From: Eledone cirrhosa
Lineage: Eukaryota
NCBI GenBank assembly: GCA_964016885.1
Contig: OZ024747.1
Location: forward strand, 33,604,001-33,668,000
Direction: 5' to 3'
DNA length: 64,000 nucleotides
The stretch's first letter is position 1. The number at the start of each line of letters is the position of its first letter. Positions 13,177-26,150 of the stretch are shown in pieces. The notes below the pieces were generated by a model. The model was given only the letters and a program-made list of their open reading frames with translations. It searched no databases and was not told the origin of the DNA. The translations under genes and the position numbers were made by a program.

Positions 13177-14832
13177 TCATCATCATCATCACCGTTTTAC
13201 GTCCGTTCTTCCACGCTAGCATGGGTTAGACGGGTTGTCCTGTTGTGGGCAGTGTCTGGTCGGCTGACCATGCCTTGCTCATACAGGAACTGATCTGGCT
13301 TGATTTCTACAGCTGGATGCCCTTCCTAACACCAACCTCATTTACAGTGAGTGCTGGGTGCTTTTTCGTGGCGCCTACACGTTCACTTTACAGTGTGGGC
13401 TGGGTGCTTTTTTGCCGTGGCACCTCCACGACCACCTTGCGGTGGGGGGGGGGGGGCATATTGTTTATATGCTTCAGCATGTACCCATGGGAGGTCGGGT
13501 ACCCTGTATTACTGCGTGACGCCAGAAGTCACGGTCGTGTGTCATTGATTTTGAGAGGTGTAGTTGGGTAAGGTCGGCTTTTATCACCTCATCCCAAGTC
13601 ATCTTGGGTCTCCCCACTCCGCGGTTTCCATCAACTTCTAGTGCTCTGCACCTTTTTATGCAGCTGTCATCCTTCATACGCATCACATGTCCATACCAGC
13701 GTAACCGCCTCTCCTGCACGCAGCATTTGATTCCTCTTATGCTCAGTCTCTCTCTCAATTCATTTATGCTTTGTCGTTCACGTATATTACTGTTACACAT
13801 CCATCGGAGCATGCAGGCTTCGTTTCTCTCTAATCTACGTAAGTCTTCCACCTTCAGCGCCCAGGTCTCACTACCATGCAACATCGCTGTTCGGATACAC
13901 GCATCATACAGTCTGCCTTTCATTCTGAGGGAGAAGCCTTTTGCAGCTAGCAGTGGTAGTAGTTCCCTAAACTTCTTCCATCCCGTTCTTACCCTAGTTA
14001 TTGTACTTTCTGAGCACCCACCTCCGTTGCTAATTCGGTCACCTAGGTAGCAGAAGCTGTCTACTGTTTCTACAGGGCCCTCCCAGAGATTGGTGGTACT
14101 TGTTTCCTGTGGCTGTTTGCTTGCTGTTTCAGCACAGCTGCTGCATGTGAATCCTACATTCTTAATTAAGCTTCCTGAGATCCCGCTACATCTCTTGTGT
14201 ACCCATTGTTTGCATTTGGGGCAAAGAATGGAGTTCCTACCTACACCTTTCCTACATACTGAGCAAGGCCATTTCCCTGAGGGGATCTGGGTTCTGTTTT
14301 CTCGTCTACTTATAAGGACCTTAGTCTTTGTCATGTTGACTTTGAGGCCCTTTCTCTCTAGTCCCTGCTTCCAGGTTTGGAATTTATTCTCTAGTTCTAC
14401 CATAGATTCAGCTATGAGTGCGAGGTCATCAGCATACAGGAGTTCCCATGGGCATCCGGTCTTAAACTCCTCCGTTATTGCCTGCAGGACTATGATGAAC
14501 AGGAGAGGGCTAAGAACAGAGCCCTGGTGGACCCCAACCTGTACGCTAAATTCCTCGCTATACTCATTGCCAATCCTAACTTTGCTGACTGCTCCCCTAT
14601 ACATGGCTTGTACCGCTTTCACAAGCCATTCATCTACTCCTAGTTTTCTAAGAGCCCACCAGATTACTGCACGTGGAACTCTGTCAAAGGCTTTCTCAAG
14701 GTCGACAAATGCCAAGTAGAGTGGCTTACTTTTAGCTAGGTACTTTTCCTGTAATTGCCTCACAAGGAAGAGCGCATCAGTGGTGCCTTTCCCTGGTACA
14801 AACCCAAATTGCATCTCGTCTATATTCACCCG
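13177..14832 (-). mobile_element. 5'-truncated RTE LINE with open RT/PHD C-terminal ORF (13474-14829)
   Basis: 451-aa open frame with FVDLEKAFD, GVHQGSVLSPLLF, YADD and a C4HC3 finger. 3' UTR and (GAT)n tail as in the 1306 copy. Confidence 0.95.
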
Positions 14833-15421
14833 GTGAAATTATACAGTGAAATTATACAGTGAAATATACAGTGAAATTCTGTTATAATCAAATTCACTGG
14901 GTATAAACAAAAATTTGTTGTAACTAAAAATCATTTATAAGGAGATCAACTGAAACAAATCATTAGAGAGGTTGCCCAGTACTCCTCGTTGCTGTCTTTT
15001 GCTCTGGTGTTGGCTCCGTTGTTCACCCCTTCCTTTAAATTTTCTTTAATATTAAAAGAATATATCTTTCTGAAAGAATCGCGATCTATTTATAATGTTG
15101 TCTAAGCATTTGTAATGTTATTTATGTATATATTTAAAACACATTTCTTATGTTATTCTACTGTAAATTTATTTATATGCTCTGTTTATATTTTCATTCT
15201 GAAAGAATTGCAAACGATTTGTAATGTATTTATGAAATAAATTATAATTTTAATAAATTTTAATAAATGCTTTTTTATATATTGCTATATTTTTTATATA
15301 TTATTTTTCTTACCCTTCTTTTATATATTTTTTCTTTTGTATATTTCCTGTTATTTTTCCAGCCTCACTTCCTATTTTTAACAGATTTTAAATCTCATTT
15401 CATATTCTCTATCCAAAACAT

Positions 15422-15489
15422 CTCTGTCTGATGACCAATCCAGATGTATATTAATATTATCTGGGATCCAGAAACCTTTGGTAATGGAG
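15422..15489 (+). ncRNA. Type-I hammerhead ribozyme motif upstream of a (TA)n tract
   Basis: ctctgt CTGATGA [ccagat/atctgg stem] GAAA cc-ttt-gg TA atggag. Stem I pairs with two G-U pairs. Confidence 0.6.
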
Positions 15490-15516
15490 TAGTTATATTT
15501 TGTGTTGTTCACTTTC

Positions 15517-15562
<46 letters not shown>

Positions 15563-15565
<3 letters not shown>

Positions 15566-18500
15566 CCCAAGACCATCCTTGCTGTTACTAACACACAATC
15601 TCAAAACAAACCCCCTGCAACAGTCAAAACCAGCCACCACACTAGCCTCCACATTTTTACTCAATACACAAGGTATCAGCCCATCCATCAATGCACAGAA
15701 ATGGAAGATCCAATTCATTGAGGATTGGGTTGGTAACCATCCATTTCACATCCCCTTCTTCATTCTTACTGAGACCCACCTTGACAACTCCCACTTGGAG
15801 GCCAAAGTAAGCGTGAGGAATTTTACAACCATCCGTGCAGATCAGGTTGGCAGAAGGAAGGCTGGAACTGCCATTTTCCTGCATGATTCCTTTACGGCAG
15901 ATGGTAACACAACATTCTCCAATGGCTACTGTGAATCAGTCACTGTACACAATAAAGCCAATGACCCAACATTAGTTGGGCTCTATAGGCCACCACAAAC
16001 ACCCATAATCTGTTTCACAGAATGCCTCAACAGTATTAAATGCTTTATTAAACTGTGCCATTCTAGCAACATACTTGGGGACTTTAATCTACCCTGTGTC
16101 GATTGGTCTACATGTAGTTTGAAACCAGGCACCCCAACCTCAACCACTGACAAAGAAGCTGTCGAGTCACTTCTTGACTTCATAAATGAGTTTTTCTTGT
16201 CCCAACTTGTCCTTGCACCAACGAGGCATCAGAAGAACATTCTGGATCTAGTGTTTAGTAACCACACTAACACTATCCATAATATTACAGTGGAAAAAAA
16301 CCCTTCTCTCAGACCATGACATGGTTCTTTGTAACCTAAGATTCCACCAGCCGAAAGCTAATCCCAGCGTCCTCTTTCCAATCCACCCATTTGATAACAT
16401 GGATCTCTACAATGCCAACAGGGATGCAATTATGAAAGAACTATCACATGTTGACTGGTCTTTTACACACGCACACATTTCCAGCACCATCAAAACATAT
16501 TGGCAGATCTTTGTAGACACTGTCACAAATATATGTACAAAACACACCGCACCAAAACCTGTGAACAAAACAAAGTGCAGTATCCCCCAAAACAGAAATA
16601 TAAAAAGAACAAACAAAAAAATTAACACACTAAAATACTGCCAACAGCAACACAAATTCGATGGCTATTGCCCTGCTTGAATAAAAAAAATATAACCTCC
16701 AGTAATGCATCATGACCATCATCAAAAACCAGAGAACAGCTGAAGAGAGGTGGGCCATTGAGAAAATTAAACTCAACCCCAAAGTGTTCTTTTCATTTGC
16801 TAAAAAACACAAGGTCACTGTCTCCACTGTTGGCCCTCTAGTTGATAAAAATGGCACACCCCAAGATAATGCCAAAACCATGGGCGAGATACTGCAGAAA
16901 CAATACTGCTCTGTTTTCAGCAATCCTGATATGGCCGATCTAGTCCGTATCAGTGATGTTAATCCCCAACACGCTATATCAGACATAACGTTTGGCACCC
17001 CTGATGTCTTAGCGACAATAAATGAAATTAAACACAATTCAGCAGTTGGCCCTACAGGTTCCCTGCTTGTCTCCTGAAGGTGTGGCGACACCAACTTGCA
17101 TCTCCTCTTGCTAATCTGTGGAGGAACTCACTGGACACTGGCTATATTTCGGAAAACTTTCTGTCCCAGTCTTCAAAAAGGGAAATAAGTCCGTTGCAGT
17201 GAACTACCGTCCGATCTCACTCACCTCTCATATTATCAAGGTATTTGAGAGGGTGGTGAGATCACAAATAACCCACTTTCTTGAAAGCAACAGCCTGCTG
17301 AACTCCAACCAACATGGGTTCCGTAATGGAAGGGACTGCCTAACGCAGCTCATGCATCACTTTCACAATGTTTTGAGAGCCTTGCAGAGGGCTCCAACAC
17401 TGATGTCATCTACCTTGATTTCAGCAAGGCCTAAGATTCTACTGAAACAACTATCCAATGTTAGTGTCTCTGGAAGGTTACTACAGTGGATCAAATGTTT
17501 CCTGACAGACAGAAACCAACATGTTGTAGTCGAAGGAGTAAAATCAAGCCCTGCCAAAGTCAGCAGTGGCGTGCCACAAGGCACTGCGTTGGGCCCACTT
17601 CTCTTCAGCATCTACATTAATGACATTACTGACATCATCAAGCACAGCAACATAAGAATCTTCGCAGATGATTCCAAGCTTCAAAGGGTCATCAATGAAA
17701 TGGGTGATCAAACTTGCCTTCAGCCAGACCTACTGGCTGTTATCCAATGGGCAGAAAAGAATAATATGCTGTTGAATGAGGATAAGTTTGAATTAATCCA
17801 CTTTGAAAAAAAAGGATAACCTGAAACTACCAAACTCTATTCCTTCGGGTGAAACTCTAGTGGCATCCATTAACATCAGAGACCTGGGAGTAATTGTGGA
17901 CAACAACATAAGCTGGGCCACTCATATTAACAGCAAAGTTGATATGGCCCGCAGAATGTGTTTCTGGATTCTCAGAACTTTCCAGTCGAGAGATATCCAC
18001 ACTGTTATCCTTCTCTTCTCCACTTTTGCCTGCCCTCACCTTGAATACTGTTGTCCACTGTGGTCTCCCCACATGAAACAAAGTATCATGAAAGTTAAGT
18101 TAGAGCACCCCAAATGATAGATGGCATGAGAGGCCTTGACTATTGGAGTCGATTAGAAAAGCTCAACCTTTATTCTCTCCAATGTCGCCGTGAGCGCTAC
18201 ATTATCTGCATGATGTCGAAAATATTCCATCAGCTTTGCCCAAATGATGTTGGCATCACCTTTAGTGTACACCCAAGGCTTGGGACCCGTACTATCCACC
18301 CACGACAAAAATCTCACTCGCATCTCATAACAACAATTCGACACAATTATTTCACCTCATGTGGCCCTGCTCTCTTTAACATTACACCAAAACACATCAA
18401 AGCAGAAACAGACCCCATCAAGTTCAAGAATTCTTTAGATAAATTCCTTCAAGAAATCCCGGATAAGCCTCCTGCACACGGATATGCCTCCGTAAACAAT

Positions 18501-18630
18501 AAATCTCTGCTCGAGTGGGCCATGGTGCCCAAAAACTGATTTGTAAGACTTCACCAGGTGGTGATATTAAGTTAGGCATGGCCTGGACCAATACTGGCCA
18601 AAACCTATCAAAGTTAAAGTTATCTAAGTT
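15563..18630 (+). mobile_element. CR1/Jockey-group LINE, frameshifted (APE + RT)
   Basis: APE motifs LTETHL, YRPP, GDFNLP, LDLVF; RT motifs NYRPISLTS, QHGFR, SGVPQGTALGPLLF, FADD; C-terminal LEYC..WSP. (TA)n on both sides. Confidence 0.9.
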
Positions 18631-18747
18631 ATATATATACACACACATATATATATATAGTAATAATATTGAATTTGAAGACTAAAATCCAAAGAGGACT
18701 CGATAAGGATAAGTATATATCAAATATATAAGAACCGTAGAGCAAAT

Positions 18748-19260
18748 ATTTATTAAAATAACAGATTAAATTTTAAGCAAAGAATCGCTGCTTTCACCCT
18801 TAACGGGATCTTCTGAAACTAAAAAAATCAATCTGTGAACGCAGAAGTAAATATTTCGAAAAACATTGCAACCGAAGGAACAAAGGAAGACAATACTTTG
18901 GTTTGTGGAAACGTTCCCTGGCAAATAACGGAATAAAACGAAGATAATACGTCATTATTTGGAGCGGTGAAAACAATTACACACAAAGACAAACCCACGT
19001 TTATGGTAGAAATGAAGTCGTAGACTAATATTTTATTAGTTGGTTCATGGAGACGTTCCCTGGCAATGAACGGAAAACCCGAAAGATAATACGTCATTAT
19101 GTGGTTGCGCTGAGAACAATTACACGCAAAGACAAAACCACGTTTATGGTATAACAGAAGTCGTAGACTAAAATTCTATTTAGGAAACCGAATGATTCTT
19201 GGCTTCAGAGTTAAGAATAATGTAAGTGAATTACAGAGGTTATTGAAATCAACAAAAATT
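18748..19260. repeat. Unclassified interspersed repeat with internal ~140-bp duplication; inverted second copy at ~44950-45555
   Basis: Direct homology between the two loci; gataatacgtcattat..gaagtcgtagactaa occurs twice within this copy. Confidence 0.75.
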
Positions 19261-19424
19261 AAATATATACATACACGCATCCATATACGTACATACACAT
19301 GCATACGCGAAAACACCTGTCATGGGTATGCAAATACAGGCACGTACACAAAAACACACGCACACATACAAAAACCCACGCAACACTTGTACCCGCACAC
19401 ATACGATCGTAAACACCAAATACA

Positions 19425-19625
19425 CATCATCATCATTTTACCTCCGCTTTTCCATGCTTGCAAGGGTGGGACGGGAACTGATTCTGGCTTGATTTCTACA
19501 GCTGGATGCCCTTCCTAACACCAACCTCATATACAGTGAGTGCTGGGTGCTTTTTTCCCGTGGCGCCTACACGGCCACATTACAGTGTGGGCTGGGTGCA
19601 CCTCCACGACCACTTTGCAGTGGTC
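19425..19625 (-). mobile_element. RTE 3'-UTR fragment
   Basis: catcatcat tail and gatttctacagctggatgcccttcctaacaccaacc, identical to 13301-13336. Confidence 0.8.
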
Positions 19626-19754
19626 GTGGAGGTGCCCCAGTCCCTATCATGTCATTTCTACATCTGAGTAAACTGGAGCAATGTTCTCTAGTGGAGGTGT
19701 TTTTACTACGAGGTTTATATCATCAACGTAGCGGGAGTACATTATCAGGGTTAA

Positions 19755-21175
19755 GAGGGTTAAGACCTTGGCAACCTGTGCCCTACAAGACCAGCAAGAG
19801 GCAGACCACCTACCATTACCTCAATGGCCAAGAAAACCCACACAGATAGATGGAACGGGTGGACCAGAGCCATACGGACCCCCGAAAACCACGATAAGCT
19901 AAAGAAAATGATTGCACATGCGGGGGGAAGGGACAGTATAAAATTAACCCTTAAGGAACATATGTTCAAATTTAATGGAAAAACATATGCCCAAGAGGAG
20001 GGAGCAGCCATTGGTGTTAGCATTGCAGGTTACATATAGTATATAGAGGAGCCAGAACCAAATGGGAAAAATGGTAAATAATGATACAAATGGGACCTGC
20101 CCCTTCTATAGGAGCACATTTTGGAATAGAATAGAAAGAACTGCGAATAAGGTTAATAGAATAAACTCATGGTATGATAGCAATAAATACCAGAGTGTAA
20201 TATTCATCAATACAACCCCTAGAGGTGAATTAGCTTACAAATTTAGAAGGGCCCTAGATAAACATAAACTCAATATTAAGATAGTAGAAAGACCAGGTAC
20301 CTCCATAAAAACACTTATTAGCAATACATACCCTTTTCAAAGACCTCACTGTATAGATAAGAAATGTATAATCTGTAAACTAAGCCCCCATATTAACTGT
20401 AAACTAGAAATGTAGTATATAGCATAAGATGAACTGAAGGACAATGTAGAGATAAGAATATAGTGTACATAGGTGAGACAGCTCGTAGTATAGGAGAACG
20501 GATAAATGAACACTGGCGAGAGCTTTAAGCTAGTAAAGAATCATCTGTACTCCACCAACATGCTAAAATAGAACATAAGGGTAAATTAGAGAACATAGCA
20601 ATAAAAATAGAATCTACACACAGAAAAGACGCAATGTTTAGACAAATCACAGAGGCAATAAACATAAATCAACTCCAATCAAAATTAAATAGAAAACATG
20701 AATGGAATAGCAACATCACAACTTACAATTATGGACAAAATGAAAACACACACACACATAGAACAAACAACCAACCAGTAACATGTAAATAAACAAATAA
20801 ATAAACAAATATAAACACACACAGACACCCGGATGTAATACATGCGCAAACTAAGCACACAACACACACAAAAACAAGATGGCGTAGGACAGAAAAAAAG
20901 GAGAGGCACAAAAACAAAGAAAAGAATCCCCAGTCACTGAAGAGGTCACAGAATGTGTGACGAAAAAACTTTGACAATATATGAACAAACGTCTGGTTGC
21001 GGAACCAACCAACCAACCAACCGGAAATTTATAAATTCCTAAATTTAATTTATAATAAATTGAAGTGAATGTAACTGGTGCGTGTGTTTCTTATTGGCAA
21101 CATGGCCCTCCCAAAGCATAACAATATCGGTTTCAACACACGTTTTCAGATAAAGAATCTTGCTAAACAAATTCA
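19755..21175 (+). mobile_element. Penelope-like element (Naiad-like), internally deleted
   Basis: RT motif FKFNGKTYAQEEGAAIG, then linker Cys pairs and GIY-YIG (VYSI..YIGETARSIGERINEH) with frameshifts and stops. 20040-21175 is highly similar to 42415-43560. HHR motif in the 3' UTR. The clade call rests on motif appearance only. Confidence 0.85.
20933..20975 (+). ncRNA. Minimal hammerhead motif in PLE 3' UTR/pLTR
   Basis: gtca CTGAAGA g gtcaca-gaatg-tgtgac GAAA aaac TT tgac. Stem III is degenerate. Confidence 0.6.
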
Positions 21176-21368
21176 GAAACGATATATATATGACTAAAAA
21201 TAGACAAGGGTTAAAATGTCCTCTTCAGTAGTCTTCTGATTTATCGTTGGTATTTCGACGCATTAAAGACTAGATACCTAAAATCAGTGCGAGCGATAAC
21301 TCAATTAAGTTATCGTGACACTGGGAAAACGGAGGGAAGGAAACAAACACATGGTGGTATGCAACGAA

Positions 21369-22609
<1,241 letters not shown>

Positions 22610-22933
22610 TCTTACCACAAACCTCACATTATTTGTCTAAGCGGACAGTACTTGATTTAGGAGTCGCAGAAACCCAAATGCTGGATTTTTACCAACCATC
22701 CAGGGGTCCGGGTAAATTTTTCAATCACATTGTTTTATTTGTTTGACCCGAATTACTTGGTGGTTTCTATGGCTGTGCGGATAATGGTTTAACCATCGTC
22801 TCAGTGTGTTTGGCCTTTTAACGTATGTTGTAGCTCTGGTTCGTTAGAATTATTGAGCGCCTGCCACACATCTCGGGAGTTGCTTTTCGCTAATTTCCAA
22901 AGCCGAAATACGATTTTCGGTAATTTATATTTG

Positions 22934-23056
<123 letters not shown>

Positions 23057-23089
23057 ATGAGTACACACACACTCACACAGACCACCAAT

Positions 23090-25752
23090 TTGTGATCTGT
23101 GAGATCGACATAGACAGACTTCATAGACAAGGGCCTGGTTACTGGAAGCTGAACGCGTCTTTCCCGGCGCGCAAAGCCTACAGAGACCGGATTAGCGTAT
23201 TAGTTAAGCGGGTGTTGACGGGAGCGGTCGTCAACAACAGGTGGTGGGTCGCCCTGAAAATGGCAATTAAAGTAGAGTCGATTAGGTTTAGCAAAGGCGT
23301 AGTGATAGAGGAAAATAGAGTAGAGGGAGAGCTCGTCAGAAAGCTAGAAGAGGCGTTTAGGACAGGCATCGCAACCGACGTGCTTGCGGCGAGATTGGCA
23401 CTCGACCAATTCTTCAACGAAAAATACGAAGGCTGCGTTGTCGGAGCTTGAGCGCGTGCTCTGAAACACGAGAGGACAAAAGCCGTCCAATGGGCCCGGG
23501 TGGCAGAGGCGCGACATGGCAACAAAGCCACAATTCGGTCTTTGTCTGACCAAAACGGGTGCGTGATGCTCGAACCCGAGCGGATGTGTGAAGCTTTTCA
23601 GCAGCACTTTGCTGAACTGTTCGGGAGCGGCGGCGGCCCGGATCGGGGCATGGACTTCAGTGCATACCTCGACGGACTGCCTCGGCTCTCGACGACCGCA
23701 GCACAGTGTTGCGAAAAGCCAATAACAGCCGGTGAAATACGGGAAGCGATGGCTAACTGCACAAGGGGTAAATCGCCAGTTTTGGATGGTCTGCCCTATG
23801 AGCTTTATGCATTTATGCCAGACTTGTTCGCTGACCTCTTGGCAGACGTCTACTGCAACTGGCAGCAGAACGGGAGCATTCCCAGTTTTGTGAGCCGGCG
23901 AGCAGTGGCGCTGCTGAGAAAAGACCCGAACAAGGGGGATGTTATCGATAATTTCAGGCCCATAACCCTGCTAAACGCAGAGTTCAAGATTTTGGCCAAG
24001 GTGTTACCAACGAGGTTGGCGCTTGTCGTCAAGGGTCTGGTGGGAGAGGCGCAGACATGCGCCATTCCGGACAGATCCATACACGACAACCTCCACCTCA
24101 TGCGATACATCATAGAGAGGGTGGTTAAGGAACCTGGCACGGGTGGGGCCCTGATCAACTTGGATCAATCCAAAGCATTCGATAGGGTCGACCATCGGTA
24201 CCTGGCGGCGGTCCTCGAGGCAGCCGGTTTCGTGCCCGTTTTCAGGGGTTGGATTCGCAGCAATGTACAGCGACATTAGCTCAGTTGTGAGGGTGAACGG
24301 TCACCTATCGCAGCCGTTCAGAATCATGCGCTCAGTCCGTCAGGGTTGTCCCCTCTCGTCCCTCTTGTACGTATTGGCTCTCGAGCCGTTACTGCAAAAA
24401 CTGGGGGCGGTGCGGGGCGTCCCACGCGAACTAGGATACGGGAAATCGAGTCGGCTTACGCTAACGACGTCACCGTGGTGGTGTCGAGCACCAGACACGT
24501 CCAGATGCTCGGCACCGCTCTCAAGGAATACGAAGCGGTGACAGGAGCAAAGATAAACCAGGAAAAGTCGGTGGGCTTGCAGCTCTGCACCTGGAGAGGC
24601 AAGTCCATGCCGTCCGACAGAGTCGTGGGGCGTTGGACGGACGGACCGGTTAAATTGCTTGGGGTCTGGTTCGGACCTGATCTCCAGATGGAGAAAAACT
24701 GGAACGAGGTGACGAGCAGTGTGGCCTCCCTCACCCAGAAATGGGCTGAGAGGAAGCTGTCCCTGAAAGGCCGGGCGGAGGTGGCGAATGCGTACATCGC
24801 ATCCGTCATCTGCTACCACCTCACCGTTGTCCCTTGCTCCAGCCCAACTCTCACCAAAATGGAGCGCCTCCTCTTCCGCTTCTTGTGGAAGGGACGCGAT
24901 CCCATGGTCAGACGATCCATCTGCTGTCAACACCCGTTGCGTGTAGGACTGGGCATGCCATGGCTGATGATGCGCAAACATGCGCTGAGGCTGCGGCATC
25001 TCTAGTGCTTCCTTGATGGTGAACAGGTGTGGTCGCCGTTCGCCAGACACGTTTTCCCACAGCTCGTCTCCTTGACGGAGCTGCAGTCCTGGGTCAGAAA
25101 AAGACCGAGGGATAGCGCTTGGAAACTGGAATGTCTCTAGGCGCTCACTGCCCTCTGCCAGCTAGGCACCAGTATCGGTGGAACATCCACCTCGGCGTTC
25201 TATAGAGGACTAGTGGTGGAGAAGAGCGACGACATTCTCGGAGAGATCCTGGGCGTCGAAGAAGATCAGCTGTTTGCTCTCTTCCGGAGAACTTTCAGCC
25301 CTATGGATAACTTCCAAAAATCCCTGGCCTGGCAGTGCTACCGGGGAGCGCTGCCGGTTCGAGATAAGCTCTACAGGCACGGAAGTGTGAATGTAGCGAG
25401 AATGGTCCGAGTGAACAGGACCGCTCTGAATATACGTCTGTAGTTTGAGAAATGGAACAATTGAGAGAGGGCGCTTGCCCTGGTGGTCAGGGTGGCTCTG
25501 GTCTTTTGTGTGGTTTTCGCCACGAGTAACCCTCGGAGGTTTCCCCCCTATCGGGGAATTTTTCGTCGTTCAGTTTTCATTTTTATTGTTTATATATATA
25601 TATGTTTCTATGTCCTTTTTTTTCTTTTCTTATATGAATAATAAAAATATTTACACGCACAAAACCCACATCGTACCGTCCTGTACCTTCATGTGCCGTC
25701 TGTAATGTTTTTCTTGATGTCAGCCCTTGTGGCCAATAAAGAAATCATTATA

Positions 25753-25790
<38 letters not shown>
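23090..25790 (+). mobile_element. Tx1/L1-group LINE, 5'-truncated and disrupted
   Basis: WKLNAS (end of APE), KSP.LDGLPYELY, FRPITLLNAEFKILAK, LDQSKAFDRVDH, SVRQGCPLS, YAND, LSLKGR. GC-rich; aataaa then an (ATT)n tail at 25747-25790. Confidence 0.9.
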
Positions 25791-25791
<1 letters not shown>

Positions 25792-25849
25792 AAATAAAGT
25801 ACCAGTAATACACTGGTTTAATTGCTGGCCTTGTGCCAAAAGTAGAAAC

Positions 25850-26150
25850 AATTATTATTATTGTTCTTTGAGTCTCAGTCATTGATGTTAGTTAACTGGA
25901 AAGTTTGTTGAAATGAATATCAAGCCACTACCTGCAGCCTCAGATATTCAGGACGTATCGGAGGGTTCTTGCTGTTCCCAGCAAGCATGCCTTTTGAAGT
26001 GTTCTAATAATCGGGGCGGGGCCAATTTTCTTTAACCATACCTGGAAACTTTTTGAGATAGTACCTAGTGCGCCTATCACAATCGGGACTACTTTGACTT
26101 CATGGTAGTTCCAAATCATTTTTACCTCCCACTTTAAGTCCTGGTATCGG
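25850..26150 (-). mobile_element. 3' fragment of the R4/Dong-type family of 30584-33976
   Basis: Encodes RYQDLKWEVK..PIVIGALG..LGTARTLRYVLNI; the 3' UTR matches 30510-30583; (TAA)n tail. Confidence 0.9.

Noticed and set aside
20430-20432. TGA at a conserved Cys codon of the Naiad-like GIY-YIG domain (selenocysteine is reported in some Naiad elements)
   Set aside because: The sister copy has TGT here and this copy has other stops and frameshifts; simple decay is the likelier cause, and no SECIS was identified.
21192-21235. HHR-like motif on - (gacta CTGAAGA ggaca..tgtct..tagtc)
   Set aside because: GAAA and stem III are missing; at best a dead remnant.
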